Positions 1 through 12,730 of a stretch of DNA of 64,000 nt are shown piece after piece. The stretch is taken from the NCBI GenBank assembly GCA_040954595.2, contig CM082578.2, positions 9,471,519 to 9,535,518 of the forward strand, written 5' to 3'. The stretch comes from Balanoglossus misakiensis. Its lineage: Eukaryota; Animalia; Hemichordata. Numbering within the stretch: position 1 is the stretch's first letter; each line of letters starts with the position of its first letter. The position numbers were made by a program, and so were the translations under genes. A model generated the notes under the pieces. The model was not told where the DNA came from, did no database searches, and saw only the letters and a list, made by a program, of their open reading frames with translations.

Positions 1-229
1 TGGTGAAAGCTGGGTTTAACAAGTCCCAAAGTGAGTTGAGAGAAAAAAATGATTGAAATGCAAAATCAGAGGTTGTGTAGCCAACAACTCTGGAATATGA
101 GAGTAGGATGAAATGTATATATTAATGTACTTGCCTCATTACATTTAGAACCCATTTGATGGACGTTTTCATCCATATTTATGGCACTGACATGCATTAC
201 TTTTAAAAGTCATCATGAAAATTTAATTG

Positions 230-3200
230 CCTCAACCTGGAAATGTCTACGTGAGTAACGATCGCGCAATGTCTTTTTTACCCATCTTGCACAGGTTTTT
301 CTTCAGAACATGACTGCCAGCCGGTACACATTACTACTCAAATTGATCAGTTGTTAACTGTTGTGAAAAATGTTGTGCGGAACAAGAGTAAAATAGTATT
401 AAAATTGCCCCTTGATTTGCATTGGATTTATTTGGTTTTGCTTATCGAATATTACAACAGTCTCTCAGTTTGCATATTTTCGCTTTAAAAACCCCATGAA
501 GTTTCCCTGAAGTAGACAGAAAAACGCATGAGTATGCTTTAATAAACACATATCAATCATCATTTTGTCATTAGTGCGTCTATCTGCTAAATTATTGATG
601 CCATAATATTTATGGACCCTTCTGGGTATCTTGACACTCATCAAACAGAGATGATTTACAGCCAATGTGAAGGTCAAAGTAGATTTCCGTGCATCTCTCA
701 GAGGAAAATATGCCAATCGTCGCACATTCATGGCGCCATAAAAATTAGGAAAGCCATTTTCATTGCTGTTTGGCAAAAACACGCAGATAGCTATGATGCA
801 TTTTACCACAGCTGTTGAATGTCACATTGGTATTTTCATTGAATTCGTGAAAAATTACCTCTCGCTTGTCAGTAATGTGAAAAGGGAGATTATAAAGTCG
901 TAAAGTGTCCCTCCTATAAGCTGATCGCCAAAAAGTCATGTAAAACTGCAATTAAAATTCCAATCAAATCAGGACGGGTCTAAACAAGAAAAAGGTTCGT
1001 AAACCAGAAATTTTGTCAAATGTGGTAATGTCCAATTGCTGTTGAAGTGTACAACTGAGTTATCTGTCTTATGAGTGACTATTACTTGGCCTTCCATTAA
1101 AAAATCACAAGAACAGACAAAAGTGGTGTTGGTTTCTCCCATCTCACCGATTCCGTGACAAATGTACATGACAGCCAATATTTCCAATAAAGTCACCAGC
1201 TGTCTCTTGAAAAATTATTGGCTGATAACACAGCAGTTTGAGAAAAAAACGTGATTGCCTGGTCAGAGAAAAATGACTGGTATGGAGATAAATAACAGCT
1301 GAACTGCCATCCACTTACCTAGATAATCAAACTATAAAAAGTGCGAGCGGGGAAATTACTCCTATTTGGTATTTGCTTGAATGGTTTTGATAGAAGAATA
1401 TCATTATTCTGATGGATTTATGGTGTCATTTTTGTTTCTGCACACGATTAAATAGGGTAATTTTTTCCACAGCTTGCAAGTTCTAACATCAAGAGTAATA
1501 TTTTTTTTAATGTCAGCTTTTATGGACCAGTTGCTACGGAACAACTAAACTATGTGCATTAATTTATGAGAGAGATTAAATTAGAATTTACCAACAGGAA
1601 GCAAAAATTGACAGGTTAAAGAGAATTCTAGAATAATTTTAACAGGTACTGGAATTGGGTGTTTTTGGAAATAACCAATAGTTGATTTTGAGTAAAGTTT
1701 GGTTACTTTGGTTCAACTCGCTGCGGCTATAATACTAGTAATCTCCATAAATTAAATACCTACTATGATTTGATTAATTTGTACTTTGTCAACTGAACAT
1801 GCTAATGTAGAACACCCAAAGTAAAGTTCAGTGCAGTAACTGCCACATGTTATGAGTGGGTAAACACTGACAACTGAACGATCACATCCAAATTCGATTT
1901 AAACTTATTATATTTATTATTCAATTGGATTACACTAACTGCTCTCTTTTGTATAACATTTTGATTTGATAAGATTATATTTAAAGTTAACTGTTTTATT
2001 ATATTCCCATAATGATTGGCATTACATTTATCAAGATTATTGCATTTACAGAGGTTATATGGTAGATTTATTTCAAGTCATTTTCCTCTTTTTTCTCCAG
2101 ACACGGAATTCTGTCAAGGAAGGATGAAGAGGTTTGTTCAGTTATCAGGGATTCTCGTCACAGAGACGATGAAGACGACAGCGATTTGGATCTGGACTAG
2201 TTCCCAACCGGAAATTACAACAGAATGAGCTGTTCAGTCAACAGTTGACAGTTAACGACTACACTGGAAGCAGCGACCGGGACAGTATTTATTGACCAGA
2301 CAGACAGATGAAGGGAGTTTATTTCAGAAAATCAGTGTGTTCATTGGGGGGAAATCATTATGAGAAAGGACAGGAAAACTGCCGTCTGCATTTTTAATGG
2401 CCTGCAGGCAGTGACAGACTGGGTCAGTGATAGGAGGTGGAACTGTAGACAGTCTGGGCAGGACCGGCTTTCGATCTTCCGGATACCACCCCGGCGACCG
2501 TGTCAGATATTTCTTTGAGATTGTTATCCTTACAGACAAATGTTAATTAGAAAACACAGACCCCGGTACTTGTTAAGGCTCATTGAACACATTGATTGGA
2601 CGAAATTTCATTGCGCAGTATTGTGATGATAACTAGCCACCCACTGACGCCTGCTATGTACCAACTGCACGGAAAACGAACATTATCTTTACGGCCAAGC
2701 TAATCTTGAATGTGGCACACGCTGGCTGAAATTAAAAGTTAATATCACTTTAACCGTTAATCTGACATTAAACACCCACGGATCTCGGTGTCCGCAACAT
2801 GATAAGCAAGTTAAACATTGTCATGATGATCTATCCTGACTGGAGACCGCACTGTGACCCAACAGGTGCATGACATGCAGATGTTGTCGTTTGTTGGAAC
2901 TGGGTTAAAGGTTAAGAACTTTCTACAGTGCTTTCGCAGGATAGTTTGTAAAAAATTAGTGGCAGTGACAACTGATAGAGCTTGACAGCTGCATGTACGT
3001 AAGCTTTCTCATATGTGCGCAGTTTCCTGAACTTTTTAGGTTCTATGGCCTGTTATCTTAATGTGTACAGACAATTTGCTATGAGACATGGACAGGACAA
3101 GTGGCAGCAGGATATGCAGGCAATTTTTTCTTGTCACCCTATGAGACCATAAATGCCATGCTATATAGATTTTTTCGCAGTATTGACAGATGAGCTCACA

Positions 3201-3640
3201 TACTTGAAATTGAACAATGTCTCAGCAACTCGCTACATCTGGGCAAGACATTTCCTCAGTGTTGGTCAAAACAGAATAATTTGCTCAAATGCTGTCGACC
3301 ATTTTTCCTGTAAAATTCTTAGCCCCTGAAGAAGTTGGGGTTGGTATTTCATGAGACAAATCCCACAAAAGCAAATAAATGGTCTGTCACATCAGTGTAC
3401 CCCTGTTTGTGTCAGTCACAGGGAGTTATTTCAGTTGGAATGTCACAAACCTAGCTCACACCACATGTTAACCTCAGTGACATTCAAATGTAGCTGAAGT
3501 GGGTCATATCCAAATCCCCGACAACTGGCCTTTCAAGAACTTGACTGGACTAAGCAAAGATGCCGTTCCTGAACTGATGTCTGACTTGATGGATTTTTAA
3601 GAAATATTTATAATGTATTCAGAACTGATAAATAATAAAG
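230..3640 (+). pseudogene. Decayed coding relic of unknown family (possibly TE- or virus-derived)
   Basis: Protein-like runs broken by many stops/frameshifts on + (e.g. ANVKVKVDFRASLRGKYANRRTFMAP* ~661-740; ETWTGQVAAGYAGNFFLSPYETINAMLYRFFRSIDR* ~3083-3193; VGHIQIPDNWPFKNLTGLSKDAVPELMSDLMDF ~3499-3600 followed by AATAAA ~3634); acceptor ttttttctccag at 2100. Boundaries approximate. Confidence 0.3.
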
Positions 3641-6259
3641 AAGTTGACACATTGAAAATGTTATTTGTCATTGCCTGTGATTTTTGCATCTTTGAACCTT
3701 TACAGACTTGATTCTGACAAAGGTTGGTTGCCCATAATATAAATGTATATACTGTCAGCTAAAGTGATATTGTAATTATGTTATAAAATAATTAGACACA
3801 TAGCCGACATGGAGATTGTCTGGTGTTCTCTCATAGTCTTGCTAAATATACTTTATTGTATAAAGATGTATATAAACACCAACATCTGGAGTTGGATGTT
3901 CAAAGAATGGAAAATAAACACGATAGCAGGCCATGAACCATCATCCAGGGAACCGTTTGAAATGTGTGTTTGTCAGCCAAAGTCTACAGAGGGCAATCCG
4001 GGGAATAACGGTAAATATTTAATTAACTATGTTTGATCTTTTTTGTTATATGTAATGACTGTACCAGGGGACCTCGACATTATTCACTGAACCATGTTTA
4101 CTGATACGTTTGCTATCTTTGGTCAACAAAGGCCATACCGAGTCATTAGATTAAACTGCATTGAAGCCTGAAAGTAATTTAGTGGTGGCATTCGGAATCG
4201 TTCATGCCTTTAGAAAATCCGAAGAAAAATGACGTTTACTCGTTTTTTTCTGTCTTGGGTGTTGTCTGTACAATGCATTTTATATTCCACGAAGGATAAA
4301 TTTTGCGTTTCTCTTGTTGTTTTGTGAAGAAACTTTTACAAGAAGTTTTTTTTATGAATTTAGCTGGCATGACCTCAAATGGCATGCTAACAGAGTTCTT
4401 TCGTCTTTAGTCATTAGGTACTATTAAAATGATTGCTTATTCACTCTAGTGTACATTTAAAGCCCCTGTCTCCCAGTTTTGTAGTTTTTTTCCCTAATAA
4501 TAATAGTGTTTATTTTGTACTTGAAATTGCGTGTCATAACCTGCGCTCATCTGGAGCTTGGGTTAATGATTTAGTCGTGGGCGAATTGCACACGTGAATA
4601 TTAGGCTCTGTAAAATTGCGTCTCTTTTGCCGCTCTTGAAGTAGCTGATAATGAATTGTGGGCGAAATTGTAATGCCCTGTTGGCTCTATGATAGAATAG
4701 AAAGCGGATGGGGGAGGGGGTGGAGAGTAACAAGGGGTCGTGTGGCCACGTCTCAGGTGATTTATCTTTATTGGTACTCTGCTTTTACTATTACACTGGC
4801 ACATGCTATTCCCTAAAATTGAAGCGACCACTGCAGTTTTGTCTAAAAGATATGCACCTATTTGAAAATGTTGGTTGAAATTTGAAAACTTCAAACCCGT
4901 TTAACAAATTTTAAGGGGGATAAAACACTTCCGGGGGAACACCTGTGCAAGGCACGTGCAAGACCCACTGTAACCTCGTGCGCAACATCCGTATCTTATT
5001 GGCCAGTGAAACGCACGTGATCAATTTACCCCATTCTGTTGGTCACAATTTCCTGTGACGTTGCAATGCCCGTGATGTCTCACCCTCGACCAACGATGAT
5101 TTATCAGGGGGAAATGAAAGAGGGAAAGTGGCCCGGGAGAGTGTTTCTTCAATGAGTCACGTCTCCGTGGTGCAAATCATATAGAACAAATACCCATTTA
5201 CGTTTTATCGCCACTTTAATGCCTAACACGTCTTCTCTGTATTGGTGAAAGCGAATCTGTTCTAAGTCCGTGTTGCCGACGGCGATGCGTAGAGATTGCA
5301 ACATTTACTTCTATCGATGGTCTAAACTTGAAAATCAGTAGTTATGTGTTTGATTTGATTTTCAGTTTACAGAGATATCGGATTGTCAAATGATTTTACA
5401 GGGAATAAAAGAACATTAAACTATATGCTAAATTGGCTTTCTGTTCATGAGACATTTTGTTTCTTTCTGAGGATTTCATAAAAAGATGATTTCATTTCGT
5501 TTTTATAAACTACTGCAACGCCATGACAAGAATACACGGTTTATGTTCATTGAGGTCTTCTAATATCAAAAGGTGTTCTACACAACATACGATGTAGGCC
5601 TAAGCGAGTCATGTAGTATTTAGCCATACTGCCACAATGAGCAACATTTAATATGACAACGTGAAAAGTTCATTTATAACCTGCCTGCGGCCTTGACGTC
5701 TCGATTTAAAGTGAGTAATGAACTTAATGTACGTAAACTTATTAGCCTGAACACGTTACAGGATATAGTTTACATCCTAACAGTCACAGAAATAACTGTG
5801 TTGCTGAAATATACGTTATTAAGTTCTTTCGGAATCGAACACGCTATAACCTGATAGTCTCACTTTGGGCGAGGCTGAGCGATGGAAAACCGATTTTCCT
5901 TCGGGCGTTGCATCAGTGATGGATATTTGGCATTAGATTTGACGACTTGATTTTTATGGAGTGTATTTTAAATGGGAAGTTTTTAAAGTTTAATTTGTAA
6001 CACCTACTGGTGTTATTTTTAACCATCTTTTATGCCATACTTATTTCTGGTGCGCGATCACGCGTCGAGAAATGTTCAGGTCTACGACTGATTGAAGTTA
6101 AAATATTGATGAAAAAAATTCTCGATCAGAAAGTATGCAGTATCTGTGCCGTGAATGGGATTTATACCGATTGTGGAGTCTAGAACACGAGTGCCGATTG
6201 AAGATTAATTTACTAGTATCTGCAGCAAAACGATTGGGTGGTTGGGTCTGACGCGACGA

Positions 6260-8311
6260 ATTGTTGAGTGACCCCCGCGGTCAAACTCGACAGCACCGCC
6301 GCGTCACTGGCATAACGATGAACATGCTTGTTTTCATAATCAGTTCAACGTCTTCAGCTTGTCTCGCTCGTACCGAAGCGCTGCCTAAGTGGCTTTGCAA
6401 TTTGTGGCGTTCTCCGACGATTTTTTTCTTTCGAACTCTGCATCCCCGTGGCGTCCGCACTCCGCAGTCCTTGCGGCGGTCGTCTGGAAAATAACGTATC
6501 TGGGGTGAGGGGGAGCGACCTCAAACAGCGGATGGCGTAGAACGCGTACGTGGTATACTCGTTGCGTGCGCTTGGCAGAACGCAGCCGTTAAACCGCGGC
6601 CGGCTATCGCCGCTGTATGAACTCGTATGTGACTAGGAACCAGGCCAGGGCTCGTTGACCTGTTCATTCGTCCTTAATATGCGAGAAGACGTCACGATGT
6701 CACTGTCAAATGCGGAGATAATGACTTTGCTCGCCGGGTTAATTGTGCCATCAACAACCGTAACCGTATTTCCTCTATTCTAGTGAAAAGGGAGAAAAAA
6801 CGCGACCACCAGCCTGGTTTATGCGGTGAGTATAACCTGGGCAGTAATTAGACCCACAAATCAGGTTTCTGACATAAGCTAAAATCATGGTCGTGTCTCC
6901 ATCGCCATTGGAATTTGATTTCTGAATCGCGCGAACGACGTGTACCTGGATGTGGGCATATGGCTGTAGGCCTAACAGTATAGTACACGGCGAATGGTCT
7001 CTGAAATTCCTGCCTCGTTGAGCATACAAACTCTGGAAATGGATCACTGGTTTGATGTAACACAATTCTTTTTTCCACTTCAACACATTTCTTCGGCGAA
7101 AATGCATAGGAGCTGCACTACCGTGCGCGCACAGTTAAATATAACAGTCACAGCTCCATCAGCATAATCGGAACGTTCAAAATCTTGCCTTCCTTGGCGG
7201 GGATAGCGGCTCTGCCCCCGCTCTATATAAAATCTAGTCTAATGCGCAGTTTGTACAGCACGTACATGGAAAACCGCAGAAATACGTTTGCTTATCTTAT
7301 TAACCTAGTCGTGTTGTAATATTTGCATTTGCATTTAGGCCGATCCTGGCAATTTCAATGATACGCATAAAAATGCAATTTAGGAATCGGAAAGTATTTG
7401 TCTCCCCAGTACCTTCCCGTGGTTATATTCATGGACTGATGCATGTGTTCCAATATTATTCCAATTAATGAAAAGGTAGCCATGATGGTACGACTTTTAT
7501 TAAAAATCCCTTTTAATGAAACGAATTCACTTGTCGAATAACCCAATGTTTCCAATGGTGCAAATTGAGTCTCCTGGGCGATTCCATCGAAAACGACAGA
7601 TGCGTTGACGACAGTGTCGGCTGTGATCTGCGAGGAGTGGGAGTGCATTTCGAAATGTCTGTTCCGTTTTGTTTGATGTCGGTAGTGTGTGGAGGGGGAT
7701 CTTTGTGAGACTTCAAGGAATGGTGCAAAGGTGCAAAACTCGGGGTACGCGTAAAATCATGACGTCACCGTATCTGCAATATACTACAATCTCATAATTT
7801 CTCGGGAGTGCTTATCTAAACGTTGACTCGATCATCGCACTTGTCAGAAATCGACACCAGATATCATTGATTTCATACCCATCTCGTCTTCTCGATGGCC
7901 ACTATATAAAACAGCGAGTATTACTGCTTCGGTGTACTGTTCATTAAACATGGATTACATTAATAGACCAACTCGCTGTATAGCGACGGAGCCATAACAC
8001 CTCACTAAAATCGGTCTGAGCGACGAGGTACCGACAGCTGTGTCCACCGTGACGTTTCATATCCCCACGTCTGTCAAAACTATATCCACTACAAAAAGAT
8101 CCCTTGATTAGACGCTATGATCCTGACAGTAATCCACCTTCTACATGAAAATTCAATTTGCGCTGTATTGTCGGATCCATGTCGTCATAGTGACGTACCA
8201 ATATAACCGCTTTATTCTAACGGTGAATGTGCGCCGAGTCTGCGAACTTGACCATATCACGAGGACGCAAAAAATACAATCGTTCGTCGATTCGTTGTTT
8301 CCTAGTGATGA

Positions 8312-8410
<99 letters not shown>

Positions 8411-9120
8411 TACTATTACTATTTAGTTTTTGCCGCTACAAACAAATTAGCGACTGTTAACAAAATTACCCGGGCTGAAGAAACTGACCATTCCCTAAAT
8501 ATAAATATCATCATCTAATATAAATCTATCTGGCCAAGTTTTCTGGCGTCGTTTGTACACCAAAACTAGTGTCATCTAACACATTAAGTCCGTGTACTCG
8601 CGGCATCCATATCATCATTAGAAAATTCAATCCACGGCGCAGCTAGAGCGCATGCACGTGGTGTTAATCCCTCTATATACCGCAGAGCAAAACTAATAAA
8701 GCACAGTAGTATAGAGACCTGCGTCAAAACATAGAACGCAGCCAGAGCTGAGGTAAATAATTAATGCGGCTATATAGAGTGACAGTAAATTATACATATA
8801 AAAATAGTATCATGCTTTTGATTCCCGCTGAGTTTTCCCTATGAACCGACGTTACGATTCCATTATGATATTATAGCGTCGTAGGAGCAACCAAAGTTTA
8901 CGTCATTTATATCCAAGCCTCTGTCATGGATAATATGTACAAGCTACGACATTCGCCCTGTGCGGGGGTAGGATCATTGACTTCTTCCGCGGGGAGGCTT
9001 TTTTCACGTGTGGTGTAGTCACGGTGTTGCAGTCTTGCGTTGCCACCACCCACCGGTGGTAAATAAATGTTTGATGAATGGTTTTAACGGGAAGTTCATG
9101 AACTGGTTCATGTGACATTT
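6260..9120 (-). pseudogene. Degenerate multi-exon ZU5-(UPA)-death-domain-like pseudogene
   Basis: Minus-strand fragments in the expected order: LPPVGGGNARLQHRDYTTREKSLPAEEVNDPTP (~9060-8965; ZU5 GG..L......P start), DDIYI*GMVSFFSPG (~8515-8470; resembles V.HFS), LRPRDMVKFADSAHI (~8270-8225), exon-like ORFs 7355-7648 and 6848-7113, LSPHLTVTS*RLLAY*G (~6722-6672; resembles death-domain WRxLAxxLG), ENATNCKAT*AALRYERD (~6415-6360). Good acceptors at 6780 and 6485. Many stops; motif matches by eye only. Confidence 0.35.
8312..8410. repeat. (CAT)33 microsatellite
   Basis: Perfect CAT repeat over 99 bp; explains the poly-I/poly-M/poly-S ORFs. Confidence 0.98.
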
Positions 9121-9625
9121 ACAGAGCTGAAGTAGTTTATCAATATTTAATATGCAGTTCTTACCTTGCCCCATTATAGCTCCGATGTATGTATATATCA
9201 GGTTGAGATAAGTGGATCAGTCGACGCCTGTCTGTCTGTCTGTCTGTCCGTCTGACATGTATGTCCATTCACTGCAAAGAAAAATTATATTTGTTAAATT
9301 TGTACTGATATCAGCAATTTACTATTTGACAAACACTGTCTCTCAGGCAATTTTGTCATGTTATTCAAAAACCGATAGGTATATATCACGCTTGACTGTA
9401 ATAATTCTGATCAAATAGGAGCACAGAGTCATACACGCTATTTTCGTTTCCTAATGCGGTTTGAATTGTTAGTCGCGCACGCGAATTCCCTTGGTAGTTT
9501 CCGTAACTTGGTATGGCATACATACTTTTATCACATATATTAATTTTCTCTCGGGTAATAAAACTTCACCGCCGACTCTGCAAACAAAATATTATGTAGA
9601 ACTACACTACAGACTGAATGTCCTG

Positions 9626-9830
9626 CACATGGCGCGCTTGCCTGGCGCGCTCAGTGGCTTGCTGCGCGCGCCAGTGGGCTCGGTCCCTCCGGGCCCAGCA
9701 GGCCCATGGGCCCGCAGGGCTTGCTAATTAAATGTGTTTGGTGGGCCCGCATTCGGGCCCACCGGGCCCACCGGGCCCAGCTAGCCCATGGGCCCGCTGC
9801 GCTTGCTGTGTTTGGCGGGCCCGAATGAAC
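9626..9830. repeat. Left subterminal repeat array of the CACTA-like element
   Basis: Repeated GGCGCGC, GCTTGC and many GGGCCC palindromes; GCCTGGCGCGCTCAG (9640-9654) recurs at 15044-15058. Confidence 0.8.
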
Positions 9831-11052
9831 ACATGAGAAGTCTGTCAGTCTTAGAATGAGAAGAAGGCATGTTTGAGAATTCTGGAGTTAAGAATTGGGC
9901 TAGCATGTCACCCGTCGGAATAAATTACATGTAGACGTTTCGTGTGTGTCTGCACATGGACGTAAAAAGAGATGGTCTGCATGTGTCCGAGATGTAATCA
10001 ATGTGTCATGGTTTACCACGACAAATTCTAGCTCAGTCTTCTTGATCGGGCCTAGATTGATCATTGCAACCTAATCATCAAAGTTAGCAAACATGTAAGA
10101 TCGTTCGCGTTTGCCTGGGGTTCTACCTCCATTACTCGATCGGAATGTGACTCGATCTCTCTTCGTGATGTGATGTCGTCGATCGACGCCATGTTTGTTT
10201 TAATACATGATTGTACAATCGCGCGTAGCTATGGTCTAACGCAGGGACTCTCTACCTGTTTCATCGCCTGATAAATTAGATGGATATTCTCAAAACAATA
10301 GAATGAATATTGTGTTCTGATTGCATTCTTCGTGTATCAAACTTTTATTTTATTGATTTCCTTTTGTTGTCAGCCACATGCGAGTAGCCTTGCCAATAAA
10401 CAGTCGTGTTTACTCGGTAAACAAGTGGAATCACAGACTTGCCTCAAAAACAAGAGTAGCAGGTGTAGTTCCTTTCCGTCCCACCTCCATGTAACAACAT
10501 ACAGTCCGCATCAAACAAGCACTCCTGAATAACTATGAAATGTCTAGCTTGTGCTCATTCTGTCAAACTATTGCATAGACTCCAGCCATATTCAATGCCA
10601 GTTTAAGTAGATCTTAAACTCACCGTCAGTGAGTTAGATACAGGTGCACACATACATGTATGTCACATCAGAGTAGAATAAAAATGTCCTCAAGTACAAA
10701 TAAACAGCAAAACGGGAAAATGCATCGATGTCGGAACTACTAAAGTCGACAATCAGCTCTGAACTTATTCAGTAATCTAGTGCTTGGGGCGGAAACTTTA
10801 ATGCAGAACACACTCTCTCGATATGCAAATATAACTTATTGAAACTCGTTGCCACACAAACAAATGACCAGAAACCATCGACACGGCACAGTCTATATAT
10901 ACATGTACACTGAGAAGCCATAGAGACGTGCATGTTCAAATAGACCTTCTGAATAATGATCCATCGAGCAACAACAACAAAAAGGAAAGGATCCTTTGTA
11001 CTTTAAATACGACCGAACTTTGCGAGGATTATCGGTTTGTCAATACGGTAAC

Positions 11053-11150
11053 AGGTCGTTTCGGCCCAAAAGATTTTCGATCCCAATCGTTTCGGCCCCC
11101 AATTTTCACGACCCCGGTCTGTTCGGCCCCGACACCCCAGTCGTTTCGGT
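11053..11150. repeat. Short array of (G/A)TCGTTTCGG(CCC) motifs, probable end fragment of another DNA transposon
   Basis: gtcgtttcggccc, atcgtttcggcccc, ctgttcggcccc and gtcgtttcggt within ~100 bp; no partner end found. Confidence 0.45.
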
Positions 11151-11491
11151 ACTTATCGGTAATGGCCCAACTAAACTTGGCTCTAGGCCCCCTGACTCAT
11201 TGTTGCCTAGTTCAGTAAAGGGGCGATGTCAGTGGGACTGGCAGTGAGGGGAGACGGTGCATGTTCTCGTTTGTGGTACCGTGTGTTTTGAAATACAGGA
11301 GTCGACAAATGTGACGTGTAATAATTTGTACACAATTTTCTTTACCCCAATACAAAAATGCCTTTCAGCACAGAAAAAAAAAAACAAAGCAACGCCATTA
11401 TCGTTAACACCTAATTGTTTCTCCCAATTTGAAGTGGTCTCTTTCGAAGATAAAGGATTCGTCATGAGAGTTACTCATTGTACAAACTGAC

Positions 11492-11593
11492 CACCTGTCA
11501 GACATTGTGGATTTTCCTTACATTTCTGCTTTCTATCCGAGTTACTACCTGTCACCTGTCAGACATTGTGGATTTTCTGCTTTCTATCCGAGT
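11492..11593. repeat. Local direct duplication
   Basis: cacctgtcagacattgtggattttc...tgctttctatccgagt occurs twice (11492-11542 and 11553-11593); the second copy lacks 10 bp. Confidence 0.85.
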
Positions 11594-12730
11594 GCAGAGC
11601 GGGAAAACCCGCTGAGGCTATACCACTGTCAGAAGAAACAGCGAGGGCTTCGAACGTACTTTTATTTTTCACACTTAAATCACTGCTCGTAAATTAATGC
11701 ATCAAAAGTAAAAGTTTCCTTTTTCCTTTTAAATTTAAAAGTATATATGGCCTATGTCACGATCAAAATTGCGATTGTGTTTATAACTAGCATAGCTGCA
11801 ATAATTAGAGTGATGGGTAGCTATTTTCGCTTGGTTGAATCACGGTCACTCCACAAGGGTCGCGGACGTAGTCAGATTTATGGACGAAAAAGTCAGAACA
11901 ATCAAGACCGAGAGTATACTGCGAGCAGTCATACGCATTGATACTCATATGAAATCAACAATGAAGAATAATCTGCATAACAGGAAAAAGAAAGCCTACT
12001 GCACATTAGTAAATCACAGGTGTGAATGGGGTGGGCCCCGGGAGGTAGCCTTTGGTCAGTAGGATCGTACCGGCTACCCCATAAATGTATTTTTCACTAA
12101 TTTGTGCGATCAAGTTTTTCTCCTCAACATGATCTCCAAAACTATAGAGTCTATTGCAGATTCAAAATCATATCCAGGGAATCCACAGATCGCGATTCGT
12201 GTTTTATTGTGTTTATATTTAGCTGGAATAATTGTAACGGCACCGTGTCGCTGTTTTTGGTGTAGATGCCCGCACACTTACATGCAATGGACCGCAGTTA
12301 CGTTGCGCGGTCGTGATGTAAATTTAGGAAATAGTGATACACTGCATCTATTAAAGCTTATCTTTGTTTCAGAGTAAAAATCTACCCGCTTTCTCTGTAC
12401 TGTATCTCCCAGCGTCCACGGGTGTTACATGTTTATGCTCGGCCAGCCACGTTCTTCAGGTTGTTATCACCTTTTTGTTCGTCAGTACTTCAAAATAAAA
12501 AATGTGTGAACTCAATGAACAAAAACTTCTGAAGTCAGTACATTTTTGTCTGTGATTTGTTTTAAAAATACAATTTGATGCGCCGGTCACTAGGATCCTA
12601 GGGTCATAGTTCTGAGTGTCAGGCTCGTGAAAACAAGAACAATCTATGACTCAAATATTAGATACATACTAGTATTGTAATTTGCGTCTTACAAAGCACA
12701 ATAATGTGACTTCATCCATTTCCCAAACAG

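Noticed and set aside
4922-5147. Imperfect inverted repeat aaacacttccggg / cccgggagagtgttt
   Set aside because: Too short and degenerate, no TSD; may be a decayed element but cannot be supported.
8145-8460. Poly-I, poly-M and poly-S ORFs
   Set aside because: Artefacts of the (CAT)33 microsatellite.
11053-11150. CRISPR-like repeat/spacer pattern
   Set aside because: Repeats short and irregular, eukaryotic context, no cas genes.
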